Assembly: GCA_028685755.1 (NCBI GenBank)
Contig: JAQUDJ010000001.1
Location: 20,472-84,471 of the forward strand
Source of the DNA: Eubacteriales bacterium
GTDB taxonomy: Bacteria; Bacillota; Clostridia; Saccharofermentanales; UBA5734
DNA: 64,000 nt
Direction of reading: 5' to 3'
Shown one piece after another: positions 45,547-55,218 of this stretch. The notes under the pieces are model-generated. The model did no database searches, was not told the origin of the DNA, and worked only from the letters and a program-made list of their open reading frames with translations. Position 1 is the stretch's first letter. Each line of letters begins with the position of its first letter. The position numbers and the translations under genes are program-made.

Positions 45547-46635
45547 TTAGCCCTGGTAATCGACCTTGACGAGTGTCACGGCCGGTTGGCTCTCGATATC
45601 GTTGGAGACTGTTAATGTGCCGTCTTGCAGGGATTTGAAAAGGGTGTTGTATTCGTCAACTGTGTATTTAGTTAAGCGCCAGGAATCTGCGGCGGTCGGT
45701 AGGCCAACGCAATCTTCTTTTGCGCCGAGCACTGCAGTTTGTCCAGCATGTGCTGCGTCCCAGACACCCTTGTTAGCATAGAGGGAGGTCAGCGCGATGC
45801 CGACTGACTCGGTTAATTTCTTCATGGCCGAGGTAATGATCGTCGGGGATTGTGCGCCCTGGTCGACGTCGACGCCAATGACTTTAGCACCTGCGGCATC
45901 AGCTGCAGCTGTGGCGCTCAGATAGATACCACCACCGCAGGAGAAGACCACTTCGGTCCCTTCTGTGTACCAACCAGACATTTTGGTTTTGATATCATCT
46001 GATGGGGCAAAGACGCCTGAATACCAATATTTAATCTCGACAGCATCTGCTGCGAGTCCGAGCTGAGCGGCTGCGGCGTCAGCGCCCTGAACATAACCAT
46101 ACCCATAACGAACGACTGCCGGAACGGCCATACCGCCGAGGAAGCCGAGTTTGGTGTAGCCATCCATGACAGCTGCATAACCGGCGAGATAGCCAGCTTG
46201 TTCTTCCTGATAGAGGATACAGTGGACATTTGCAGAGGTCTTAAAGACCGAATAGTCCGCCGTATGAGGGGTGCCATCGAGTAACAGGAAGTTCACTTTC
46301 GGGAATTGATCTTGAACTTCATAGATGGCTTCTTCAAAGAGATAGCCCGGGCAAACAACAGTCTTCGCGCCTTTGTCGATGGCAGTTTTGATAGTTTCTA
46401 CGCGGGCTGCTGTTGAATCTTCACTCGGACGATAGTAAGCGTAGGTAATTTTGTTGGCTTCGGCGTATTGTTTGACGCCGTTCCATGCTCCTTCGTTGAA
46501 GGACTTGTCGTCGATATTGCCAACGTCAGTGACGAGGGCTAGTTCATAAGTGTCTTTTGCTTGGCATGCTGCCAGAATGGTGGTCATGGATAAAACAAGA
46601 ACGAGAACCAGTGCAAGAGCCCAGAATTTCCTCAT
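45547..46635 (-). CDS. BMP family (basic membrane protein/PnrA-like) substrate-binding lipoprotein
   Basis: Lipobox ILAAC. ALVTDVGNIDDKSFNEGAW is the signature start of BMP/Med-family binding proteins. Confidence 0.9.
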   Translation of the reverse strand: MRKFWALALVLVLVLSMTTILAACQAKDTYELALVTDVGNIDDKSFNEGAWNGVKQYAEANKITYAYYRPSEDSTAARVETIKTAIDKGAKTVVCPGYLFEEAIYEVQDQFPKVNFLLLDGTPHTADYSVFKTSANVHCILYQEEQAGYLAGYAAVMDGYTKLGFLGGMAVPAVVRYGYGYVQGADAAAAQLGLAADAVEIKYWYSGVFAPSDDIKTKMSGWYTEGTEVVFSCGGGIYLSATAAADAAGAKVIGVDVDQGAQSPTIITSAMKKLTESVGIALTSLYANKGVWDAAHAGQTAVLGAKEDCVGLPTAADSWRLTKYTVDEYNTLFKSLQDGTLTVSNDIESQPAVTLVKVDYQG

Positions 46636-46719
46636 GATGTACCTCCAATTAATGATTGACTGATCGGAAAAAGGGAAACACGATTACTTTTTTATTTTAT
46701 CACAAAGGTCAGAAAACAT

Positions 46720-47325
46720 TCACTTTTTTACAAAAACAACCGTGTAAAAATTCGGCCCGAGGTTGAATTCGTCTGCGACTAAAAACCCTTCAGTTAAGCA
46801 GCGGGCGATCACGGTTTCACTGGCCAAACGATGGTCAATGGACGGTCCATATGGTGTTTCTAAGTGGTGGAATTCGATCACCGTTAACCGGCCAGTCGAT
46901 TTGAGCAAACGATGGATTTCCTGTAAAAATAGCGGGTAATCAATGATTTCATGCAACACCGTTACGAGCAAGGCATGGTCAGCGCTAGTTGAATCGACCG
47001 GGAGATGTGTATCTGTCACAAGACGCAAATCAACATTGGTTAGGCCTTGATCCGTAGCCCGTTGACGAATCGCTTCAAGCATATCGTTATTAATATCAAG
47101 CGCAATGACCGGGGTATTGGTTTTTGCGGCGATATGCGCTGCCGGCAACGTAAATAAGCCACTTCCTGCCCCTATATCGCAAAGCACCTGGCCTGCAGTG
47201 TATCCGATACGGCGTAATGTGGTTTCCGGATTGAGTTCTGCCGCGCGAACTGGATTGTCGAGCTTTGACGGGGTGTGCGCGTGGTGATGTGGATGATTAT
47301 GGATATCTGAATGATGATTGCTCAT
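46720..47325 (-). CDS. Class I SAM-dependent methyltransferase with a His-rich N-terminus
   Basis: SAM motif I VLCDIGAGSGLFT. The N-terminus is MSNHHSDIHNHPHHHAH. Confidence 0.8.
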   Translation of the reverse strand: MSNHHSDIHNHPHHHAHTPSKLDNPVRAAELNPETTLRRIGYTAGQVLCDIGAGSGLFTLPAAHIAAKTNTPVIALDINNDMLEAIRQRATDQGLTNVDLRLVTDTHLPVDSTSADHALLVTVLHEIIDYPLFLQEIHRLLKSTGRLTVIEFHHLETPYGPSIDHRLASETVIARCLTEGFLVADEFNLGPNFYTVVFVKK

Positions 47326-47574
47326 ATGGTTATCTCCTTTGAAATCTGTCGATAGTTTAGTGCATACTGTGAAGGTTTGGATATCTCAGATGGTACAGTT
47401 TAGGCGCATATATGCTTGCTATACATAGCCGATTCAGCGCGCTCAGGCAGAATGTCAAATTAAAACAAGAGCAAGCTTTACCACTATTTCACCTACGTTT
47501 TGCAATGGAATGACCGACTTTTCTCTTGCACAATAATGCCATAAGCAAATTTTAATGTAGCAAGAGGTAATCGC

Positions 47575-49179
47575 ATGAAATTAAATCTACAAAGCATTCA
47601 AAATACCGAATCATGGACTGCAAAAGGATATAAACTTCCCCAGTTTGATATTGAGGCGGTCACTCAAAAGACGATCGCAGAGCCAATGTGGATGCACTTT
47701 GGTGCCGGCAATATCTTTAGGGCTTTCACAGCTACGGTACATCAGCAATTGCTCAATCAAGGGCTATGCGACCGCGGTATTATTGTCGGTGAAGCCTTTG
47801 ACGAGGAAATCATCGACAAAGCCTATACGCCATTCGATAATCTCAGCCTGACTGTCACATTAAATTCCGATGGCAATATTGGCAAAGAGGTCGTGGCAAG
47901 TGTCGTGCACGCGGTCAAACCGAGCACTGATATGGCCGAGATGATTCGTATTTTTAAGGCTCCCTCCCTGCAAATGGTTAGTTTCACCATCACGGAAAAG
48001 GGTTATTCGGTCAAAGGCGCCGACGGCCAGTATTTCAAATGGATTGCTGCCGATTTTGATGCCCTGCCCATGCAAAAGCCGTCGAGTCTGATCAGCCTTC
48101 TCACGATGCTTGTGTTTCAGCGATATCTAGCTGGTCAACTGCCGATCGCGCTCGTAAGCATGGATAATTGCTCCCATAACGGCACGATGCTATACAATGC
48201 GGTCATGACGTTTGCTAACGAATGGCGCAGTCGTGGTTTAGTCGATGAAGGATTCCTAGTTTATCTAAAGGATCCGGCCAAAGTTTCCTTTAACTGGAGC
48301 ATGATTGACAAAATCACTCCGCGGCCGGCAGATGTGGTCGTCAACACCCTTAAAGCAGATGGTTTTGAAGATACCGACCTAATTATTACTGCCAAAAACA
48401 CCTATACCGCCGCCTTTGTTAACGCCGAACCGACGCAATATCTAGTCATTGAAGATTGGTTTCCCAATGGCCGCCCTGCATTAGAAAACGGCGGTGTGCT
48501 TTTCACCGATCGAGCAACAGTCGACAAAATTGAAACCATGAAAGTTACGACCTGCCTCAATCCTTTGCACACGGTCATGGCCATTTATGGTTGCCTGCTC
48601 AACATTCCGACAATTGCGGATATTGGCGCAGACCCCCACATGAAAGCTTTTATCGAAAAAGTCGGCTTTGTTGAAGGAATGCCGGTCGTTGTCGATCCGG
48701 GCATCATCAAGCCTATGGACTTTATCAAAACCGTTGTCGATGTTCGTTTCCCCAATCCTTACCTCCCGGACGCCCCACAGCGAATCGCCACGGATACCTC
48801 CCAAAAGATTCCGGTTCGCTTTGGAGTAACGATCAAGTCATATCTTAAACGAGGGCTCGGTGAGGAAAAGAATTTACGCTATATTCCCCTTTTCTTCGCT
48901 GGTTGGTTGCGGTATTTATTAGCCGTTGATGACCAAGGTGCACCAATGACTCTCAGTCCTGATCCGATGCTCGAGGAATTGCAAGGCAAATTAGCAGGCG
49001 TCAAACTTGGAGACCATGGCCCCTTCGATGCAGCACTCCAGCCCATTTTGAAAAACGATCGAATCTTTGGGGTTGACTTGTACGAAGTCGGCTTGGCCGA
49101 GTTGGTCATTGGCTATTTTAGCGAGTTGGTATCGGGCCCCGGTGCCGTGCGTCAAACGCTTAATAAGTATCTCGGCTAA
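47575..49179 (+). CDS. Mannitol dehydrogenase family oxidoreductase (long-chain; fructuronate/mannonate-type)
   Basis: N-terminal MHFGAGNIFRAF Rossmann start, size 534 aa, and a C-terminal helical domain typical of the family. Confidence 0.75.
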   Translation: MKLNLQSIQNTESWTAKGYKLPQFDIEAVTQKTIAEPMWMHFGAGNIFRAFTATVHQQLLNQGLCDRGIIVGEAFDEEIIDKAYTPFDNLSLTVTLNSDGNIGKEVVASVVHAVKPSTDMAEMIRIFKAPSLQMVSFTITEKGYSVKGADGQYFKWIAADFDALPMQKPSSLISLLTMLVFQRYLAGQLPIALVSMDNCSHNGTMLYNAVMTFANEWRSRGLVDEGFLVYLKDPAKVSFNWSMIDKITPRPADVVVNTLKADGFEDTDLIITAKNTYTAAFVNAEPTQYLVIEDWFPNGRPALENGGVLFTDRATVDKIETMKVTTCLNPLHTVMAIYGCLLNIPTIADIGADPHMKAFIEKVGFVEGMPVVVDPGIIKPMDFIKTVVDVRFPNPYLPDAPQRIATDTSQKIPVRFGVTIKSYLKRGLGEEKNLRYIPLFFAGWLRYLLAVDDQGAPMTLSPDPMLEELQGKLAGVKLGDHGPFDAALQPILKNDRIFGVDLYEVGLAELVIGYFSELVSGPGAVRQTLNKYLG

Positions 49180-49213
49180 AAGGTGTACAATCGTGTCTAT
49201 GGGGGCTGCTTTC

Positions 49214-49603
49214 ATGGACAAGATTACACCACACCATCGTTCATCTGAAAATATCGATGTCATTGCTGCATATATCCGAAACTTCCCACCTGAAGTTTCG
49301 GATCGTATGCGTTTGATTCGAGCGTCCGTGCATGAACTTGTCAATGGCGTCGGCGAAAAAATCAGCTATCAAATGCCTTCGTTTGTTTATCGCAAAACGT
49401 ATCTCGTGCACTTTGCTGGCTATGAACAACACATTGGTTTTTATCCGACCCCGAGTGCTATTAGCGCCTTTCAACATGAAATCGCTTGTTACAAACACGC
49501 TAAAGGATCGGTGCAATTCCCACTCAATCAGCCTTTGCCACTTGAGTTGATCCGGCGCATGATTATCTTTCGGCAACAAGAAATTGACATGAAGGTGATT
49601 TGA
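49214..49603 (+). CDS. DUF1801 (YdhG-like) domain protein
   Basis: IDVIAAYIRNFPPEVSDRMRLIR...EKISYQMPSF...HIGFYP pattern. The alternative ATG at 49199 adds 5 residues. The listed 49067 start overlaps the upstream gene. Confidence 0.7.
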   Translation: MDKITPHHRSSENIDVIAAYIRNFPPEVSDRMRLIRASVHELVNGVGEKISYQMPSFVYRKTYLVHFAGYEQHIGFYPTPSAISAFQHEIACYKHAKGSVQFPLNQPLPLELIRRMIIFRQQEIDMKVI

Positions 49604-49604
49604 T

Positions 49605-51212
49605 ATGCCTAAAAGTATGTCACGCGCCAACCATCCAACCTTTTTAGCGTTGCTATATTTTTCAATTTCTATGTTTATCTTAGCGCTTGTTTTTGCAGCG
49701 CAATCGTATATTCAATATCAGGCCGATCAACGAATCGACCAAGCTTTGACACAGGCGGCGAGCGATATCCGCTACTACGATGAAGTCTTGACACTCTCTG
49801 TGCATTTATTTGGGCACACCGGTGAATCTTTTTGGGAAGAGCGTTATGTCGATGCAGTGCCGCGTTTAGCATTTGCTCTCGAACAAGCCAAAGCGCTTGA
49901 TCCATCAGCAAGGGCCAACTTAGACGCAGTCGAATCGGCGAATTTGCGCTTGTTAAAATTAGAAACACAGGCTTTTGAGCAAATTCGTGCGGGTGATATT
50001 AATTCAGCAGCTGACATTTTAGGCAGTACGGCTTATATGCAAGATAAAGCAACATACTCCGCCGGTCTGCAAAAATTCACTGCAGAATTAGACGTGGCAA
50101 AAGGGGTTCAAGTCGCAGCGATGATCCGACAACAACTCGCGGCCACAATCATGATTATTTTGATATTTGCGGTGATTGTTGGACTTGTGATGATTGCCTA
50201 CCGCGTATTGGGCAAAAAGCTCGATCTGGAAAATTTATTAAATTCAATTTCGCAAAAATTGCTTTCGCCGGCAAATGACGATTTGGATCTAGTCCTCCAA
50301 GATGTCTTAATGAAAATGGCACACTATTCGCATGCACATCAGATCTATTTAACACTCGATTCTGACCATCTTAATCCGCATATTTGGACGTATCAAACCG
50401 AACAAGGTTCAAACATCTCCTTCAATACCTTGAACCAGTCAATCCCTTTAGGTCCCAATAATTTGCTATTTGTCGCACGTATCAAGCGGATTCCTGGGTC
50501 TATAAGCCCGGAAATGCAGCAATTATTGGATTTAGGCATAACGTCATATTTAGGCCTTTCAAAACAATTTGATGCAACCCGCACACTTAAATGCGAATTT
50601 TACCGTTCGCAGAAAGCACTAGCTTGGCAAGGTTCAGATATCCCCCTCATTGAAAGTATTTTGGACTTGATCAAGCAGTCTTTACAACAGCGGGAGCATC
50701 GCGAGCGGTTGTTTGAGTTGGCGACCATAGATGCCTTGACCGGTCTTTTTAACCGTCGCTACTTTTTGGAATCATTCGAGCGCGAATTAGCGAAGCATAA
50801 ACGAAGCGGCACTCCAGCAACGCTCGCAATGATCGATTTGGATCATTTTAAACGGATCAATGATGATTTGGGACACGAAGCTGGGGATATCGCGCTGAAA
50901 ATATTTGCACAAGTTGCGCTGTCCTGCACGCGCCAAACTGACCTGATCGGGCGAATCGGCGGCGAAGAATTTGCCTGGCTCATCGATCAAGCATGCGGCA
51001 CTGAAGCTATTCCGATAGCCGAACGCATGCGCCAAGCAATTGCTAATAAATTAATCGAGTTACCTGCAAGTCGTTTCAATTTAACGGTTAGTATTGGCTT
51101 GTATCAAATCCCATTCGGCGATGAAACTGTCGACCAACTCCTCAAGCAAGCTGATCATGCGCTCTATCAAGCGAAAAACTTAGGCAGAAATCGAACGCAA
51201 CTTTTGACATGA
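49605..51212 (+). CDS. Sensor diguanylate cyclase (two TM helices flanking an external helical domain; cytoplasmic GAF-like region; GGDEF)
   Basis: GGEEF active site with the RQTD I-site five residues upstream. It starts 1 nt after the DUF1801 stop. Confidence 0.88.
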   Translation: MPKSMSRANHPTFLALLYFSISMFILALVFAAQSYIQYQADQRIDQALTQAASDIRYYDEVLTLSVHLFGHTGESFWEERYVDAVPRLAFALEQAKALDPSARANLDAVESANLRLLKLETQAFEQIRAGDINSAADILGSTAYMQDKATYSAGLQKFTAELDVAKGVQVAAMIRQQLAATIMIILIFAVIVGLVMIAYRVLGKKLDLENLLNSISQKLLSPANDDLDLVLQDVLMKMAHYSHAHQIYLTLDSDHLNPHIWTYQTEQGSNISFNTLNQSIPLGPNNLLFVARIKRIPGSISPEMQQLLDLGITSYLGLSKQFDATRTLKCEFYRSQKALAWQGSDIPLIESILDLIKQSLQQREHRERLFELATIDALTGLFNRRYFLESFERELAKHKRSGTPATLAMIDLDHFKRINDDLGHEAGDIALKIFAQVALSCTRQTDLIGRIGGEEFAWLIDQACGTEAIPIAERMRQAIANKLIELPASRFNLTVSIGLYQIPFGDETVDQLLKQADHALYQAKNLGRNRTQLLT

Positions 51213-51265
51213 AGTAAATTTTGAGGCGTATAATAAGAATAACTCAGTTGAGAGGAGTGCTCGAT

Positions 51266-51607
51266 ATGACAGAAATTACCCTTTTAGACAACCATGCTGG
51301 ATCAGATTTTTTTCACATCGATGCGCGAATCGAAAATGGTTCCTTGATGATTGTCGGCCATGACAGTGGCCCGGATATTGAGAAACTCTATGGCGAACCA
51401 GAACATGATTATTATTATAGCTTCACGCCGGAACGCACGCGTTTTTTGCACTATAAATTGCGATCAGATTATCTATCAGACGATGATCTATTGACACTCG
51501 TTCGCAAGCTCTTCAGCGGTCAAACTGGCGAGCGCAAATTACGCGAATACTGCCATAGTCGCAATATCATTTTCGAATTTCATGATTTTGAGAAGGTAAT
51601 GGACTAA
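51266..51607 (+). CDS. Hypothetical cytoplasmic protein
   Basis: RBS GAGAGGAG precedes the ATG at 51266. No motif recognised. Confidence 0.5.
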   Translation: MTEITLLDNHAGSDFFHIDARIENGSLMIVGHDSGPDIEKLYGEPEHDYYYSFTPERTRFLHYKLRSDYLSDDDLLTLVRKLFSGQTGERKLREYCHSRNIIFEFHDFEKVMD

Positions 51608-51609
51608 TT

Positions 51610-52800
51610 TCAGCGATCTAGCGCCAATAATTTAAAATAGCTTTTTTCGATGCCGATGGCACCCAGTGGTGCCGTGATTAAAATCGCGACGACGGCTGTT
51701 GTTAAAATCGTTTGACCGGAAGCTAATCCTGCCGCTAAAGGTAACGCGCCAATTGCAGCTTGGACAGTGGCTTTCGGTAAATAAGCAATCACACTAAATA
51801 ATTTTTCACGCAAGGGAATTCCTGCACCACTGACACTGATCACCACGCCGACAGCTCGGAAGCCTAATGCCCCGACAATGACTGCAACCACAGCTAAGCC
51901 GGCACCTTGGAGATAGCGAATGTCGACAGCAGCGCCCAATAAAACGAATAATATCAACTCGGCCCCAACCCAGATTTTTGAGAATTTGCCGGCAATCCGT
52001 TTGGCCAGTTCACTATAAAATTTGAGGATCGTGATACCGATCGCCATAACGGCCAGCAATCCCGAGAAGGGCACTTGGGTACGAATGAGCGGTTCAAGCC
52101 CGACTAAGAGAAAAGACATCCCCAAGATAATCAAAACTTTGACGGTATCGCGCATATGAAAGTATCGAAAAAGCCAAACAAGCGCAAATCCGATTATGAA
52201 GCCAGCGGCTGCCCCGATTATAATCGATGTCGGTATTTGTAGGAGGACGGCTGGATTAAAGCTTTTGCCAGTCGCCAAGCCTAAAAAGGCGGTGAATAGG
52301 ACAATCGTGTACACATCATCGACCGACGCGCCAGCCATGATCATCTGTGGGATGCTCCGCCGCCGCCCATATCCAGCTTCCATCAAATGGAGCATCTTAG
52401 GTACAATTACCGCTGGCGATACAGCGCCCAAAACAGTGCCCAGCAATGCCGCGTCAATCCGGCTTAGCCCAAGCAGTGGTGGCGCCAAAAGCAGCACACC
52501 GATAATTTCAAACGTCGCTGGTACAAAGCACATCAGGACGGCCGGACGACCAACTTTTTTGAGATCCTTAAGATCGAGCGAGAGCCCCGCTCGCACCAGA
52601 ATAACGATTAACGCGATGCCTCGAAGATCTGGCGCTATATTGAGTATCGACGGAGCGATCAAATCGAGCACGAATGGGCCCAGAATAATTCCTGAAAGTA
52701 GCATCCCAAGTAGTCCAGGTAGGCCAAGTTTTTGAAATATCCCTTTGAGCGCAAATCCGATCATGATCATCAGCGCCAAACTCAATATCATCGTGGACAC
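51610..52800 (-). CDS. Cation:proton antiporter (Na+/H+ exchanger family)
   Basis: A hydrophobic protein with 11-12 TM helices, with LLSGIILGP near the N-terminus as in CPA-family exchangers. Confidence 0.8.
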   Translation of the reverse strand: MSTMILSLALMIMIGFALKGIFQKLGLPGLLGMLLSGIILGPFVLDLIAPSILNIAPDLRGIALIVILVRAGLSLDLKDLKKVGRPAVLMCFVPATFEIIGVLLLAPPLLGLSRIDAALLGTVLGAVSPAVIVPKMLHLMEAGYGRRRSIPQMIMAGASVDDVYTIVLFTAFLGLATGKSFNPAVLLQIPTSIIIGAAAGFIIGFALVWLFRYFHMRDTVKVLIILGMSFLLVGLEPLIRTQVPFSGLLAVMAIGITILKFYSELAKRIAGKFSKIWVGAELILFVLLGAAVDIRYLQGAGLAVVAVIVGALGFRAVGVVISVSGAGIPLREKLFSVIAYLPKATVQAAIGALPLAAGLASGQTILTTAVVAILITAPLGAIGIEKSYFKLLALDR

Positions 52801-52910
52801 CCATCCTTGTTTATCTTCTATTGACTTTATGCTCGGGAATTACCTGTACTTCTAATGCTGCTAGGATTATAACAGAATGATGTTCTATTTTGATAATCGA
52901 GGTGTCACGT

Positions 52911-53318
52911 ATGGGTGAATTAGGTGGTTTTACCGGTTGGTTGATCGTTTTTTGCTATGGGATGGCGATTATGAATTACGTTGTACGCTGGACGAATAAG
53001 CGGTGGTTTAGCAAACTTCATAAAGACAGCCTCATCAAGCGCTACTATTTAAATCTGATGCGTTTTATCGTGCAAAATCACCGCTGGTTTGCGCTCACCG
53101 CTACGGCAGCACTTATTCTCCATTTTATAATGCAAATTCTCTATCGCTGGGTTTCCTTGACCGGTCTGATTGCCTTGGCTCTATTGTTGACGAATGTTGG
53201 CTTAGGCATATTTGGCTACTACTTTAAAAAATCAAAACGGACGAGGTGGTTTGTCATCCACCGAACGGCCGCTTTGATTTTAGTTGTTGCAATTATCGTT
53301 CATGTCTTATTGGCTTAA
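52911..53318 (+). CDS. Four-TM membrane protein with conserved His in the TM helices, function unknown
   Basis: RBS GAGGTG precedes the ATG at 52911. His residues within predicted helices (LILHFIMQ, IIVHVLL) hint at a cytochrome-b-like/DUF4405 fold; this assignment has low certainty. Confidence 0.5.
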   Translation: MGELGGFTGWLIVFCYGMAIMNYVVRWTNKRWFSKLHKDSLIKRYYLNLMRFIVQNHRWFALTATAALILHFIMQILYRWVSLTGLIALALLLTNVGLGIFGYYFKKSKRTRWFVIHRTAALILVVAIIVHVLLA

Positions 53319-53414
53319 TTGGTTAGAACACCGACTCGAACCGCTTGGTCGAGAACTTTAGTCCCGTGCGGTGATTTACTCATGAGTGCGAGGAAAACGA
53401 GTAAGTATTTTGAC

Positions 53415-53816
53415 TTATTTGTTGATTTTATTGTGTTTTGGTGTTTCATCTGGGACTTCACCTTGGATTGTTTTAATGACTAATATATGCCAACTAACAG
53501 CTACGCCAATCAAGACTAACCCGATTTGAAGCCATCGATAATCGATCAACAGGATAGACAAGCCTAAACCTATCCACAAAAAAATCATTGCACTGATTTT
53601 GGCAGACTTTCGGATACCTCCGCGTTGAAAGTAGTCCGAGATGTAGACGCCAAATATCGGATGACTGGTTAACCACTGATGGAGACGTTCAGACCCGTGC
53701 AAATAGAGAAAAGCCGTCAACAAGATAAAAGGTGTTGTCGGCAGGATTGGGACAATTATTCCTATGAGGCCTAAAACAAATGATATTGTGCCTAAAATGA
53801 CAAAAATTATTTTCAT
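53415..53816 (-). CDS. DUF454 (YbaN-like) inner membrane protein
   Basis: The internal ATG at 53816 gives MKIIFVILGTISFVLGLIGIIVPILPTTPFILLTAFLY, the canonical DUF454 start. The listed 200-aa ORF overlaps the upstream gene. Confidence 0.75.
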   Translation of the reverse strand: MKIIFVILGTISFVLGLIGIIVPILPTTPFILLTAFLYLHGSERLHQWLTSHPIFGVYISDYFQRGGIRKSAKISAMIFLWIGLGLSILLIDYRWLQIGLVLIGVAVSWHILVIKTIQGEVPDETPKHNKINK

Positions 53817-53860
53817 GTACTCTAGTGTATCGAAAATTTCAACTGGTGCAGAGGCACAGG

Positions 53861-54775
53861 TTACCTTTCCGTAAATCCGCGCAAGCCAGTTTCGTTGAGA
53901 TTTTCCATGTAAGTGACCGAGGCATTGAAGTTTTCTTGCAATTTTTTCAAGAATTGACTTTGACTGTTCAGAATACTTTGGAAGCGATTGATTAGGGCCT
54001 CGCGCTGGATATCCCATCGTTGCTCTTGATTTTTAAGTTCATTTTCGAGAGCGGTCTTTTCAAGCATCAATTTATTAATCATGTCTTGGCCGATTTGATA
54101 TTGGGTGTCGAGCAGTTGGTATTGTGTTCTCGTTTGGGCAGATAGTTCCGCTTGGGTCGCTACGCTTAACTGGAGCGCTTCTAACTCCGTACCTAATTCG
54201 ATGTTATATTGGCGCTGATTTTGAATTTCGACTGAGAGTCGGTGGATTTCTTCCATTCTCGTCTGCAACGCTTTTCGAGCTTGTTGGAGCTCTTCGACAA
54301 GCGCTGTTTTGTCAGGATTTTGAATGGCTGCTTGAACAACTTCTTCCTTGAGCAAGGCGCTTTCCGTTTTTGATTGTTTGAGATCGTCCGTCAAGATCGC
54401 GACCTCTGCAGTTAGTACCGTGACGTCTTTTTTGAGCTGCTCATATTCAAGGATGGAAACACCGACTTGGCCAAAGGACGAAAGAAGCGAGGGTAAATCT
54501 TGCGCAGCCGCGAGCTTTTTATCAAGTTCGCGATTGTTTTGGATTTTCTCATCACGCTCGCGAGTCATTGCTAGCAGACTCGAACGCAATTCCTCAAAGC
54601 GATCCATGTAGACTGTTTCGGCACTGCTCAATTGGTTCTGCAGATTGTTGATGTAGCGATCAACATCGGCGGCCCGATAAAAGCCAAGCCGAGCAACCAA
54701 GGATGTCTCGAGGACGCCGGCATCCCGGATTTCATCAATATAGGCGTCATTCATCATGTCATTTTCTGGTCTCAT
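53861..54775 (-). CDS. Coiled-coil protein with a DivIVA-like N-terminal motif
   Basis: RBS GAGGAGG. N-terminal GFYRAADVDRYINNLQ resembles the DivIVA G-Y-x-x-x-EVD-x-FL motif. The remainder is heptad-rich, Q/E/L-rich coiled coil. Confidence 0.6.
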   Translation of the reverse strand: MRPENDMMNDAYIDEIRDAGVLETSLVARLGFYRAADVDRYINNLQNQLSSAETVYMDRFEELRSSLLAMTRERDEKIQNNRELDKKLAAAQDLPSLLSSFGQVGVSILEYEQLKKDVTVLTAEVAILTDDLKQSKTESALLKEEVVQAAIQNPDKTALVEELQQARKALQTRMEEIHRLSVEIQNQRQYNIELGTELEALQLSVATQAELSAQTRTQYQLLDTQYQIGQDMINKLMLEKTALENELKNQEQRWDIQREALINRFQSILNSQSQFLKKLQENFNASVTYMENLNETGLRGFTER

Positions 54776-54841
54776 CAGGCTGTCGCCTCCTCAATTTTGT
54801 GATGTCGTATTGATTGTGTTTCATTATCTGTCGATTTGGTT

Positions 54842-55198
54842 TTAATTTATTTTGGATTCGAATCGGATGCGTTGGCCAACTTGGAGTTGGTGCAATTGTG
54901 TCGAATCAGCCGGTACTTCTAAGATCATGTCGGTTCTGGGCAAGCTAGGTCTAATCCGGCCTGGTTGTAACGTTTCAATTTTGAGGATGGTGTGGTCATG
55001 GTCGAGATAAATTGTGTCGATCGCGATGCGCATGCCAATACTATGAATTTGATTACAGGGCCTAATCAGGAGTCCTTCCTGTTCACCAAGCTGTTGCCGA
55101 TGGAGTAGGCCTCGCAAGCGTAACCAATACGTGTCGGCTAGTTGGATGTCACGCCACAGGAGTTTGTCCGTGCTGTAAACTGCCAGATATTTTTTCAA
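54842..55198 (-). CDS. DUF192 (COG1430) domain protein
   Basis: LADTYWLRLRGLLHR...GLLIRPCNQIHSIGMRIAIDTIYLD follows the DUF192 pattern. It starts 20 nt after the tadC stop. Confidence 0.7.
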   Translation of the reverse strand: MKKYLAVYSTDKLLWRDIQLADTYWLRLRGLLHRQQLGEQEGLLIRPCNQIHSIGMRIAIDTIYLDHDHTILKIETLQPGRIRPSLPRTDMILEVPADSTQLHQLQVGQRIRFESKIN

Positions 55199-55218
55199 AA
55201 TACCACGCTTCCTCGGCC

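Noticed and set aside
53319-53395. A tRNA-like fragment: the minus strand reads ...GCGGTTCGAGTCGGTG..., resembling a T-arm GGTTCGAGTCC. It might have marked an integration site.
   Set aside because: The flanking bases do not form a T-stem (GCGGT is not complementary to the following CGGTG). No acceptor stem, anticodon arm or CCA context could be built. Only weak 5-6 bp hairpins are present.
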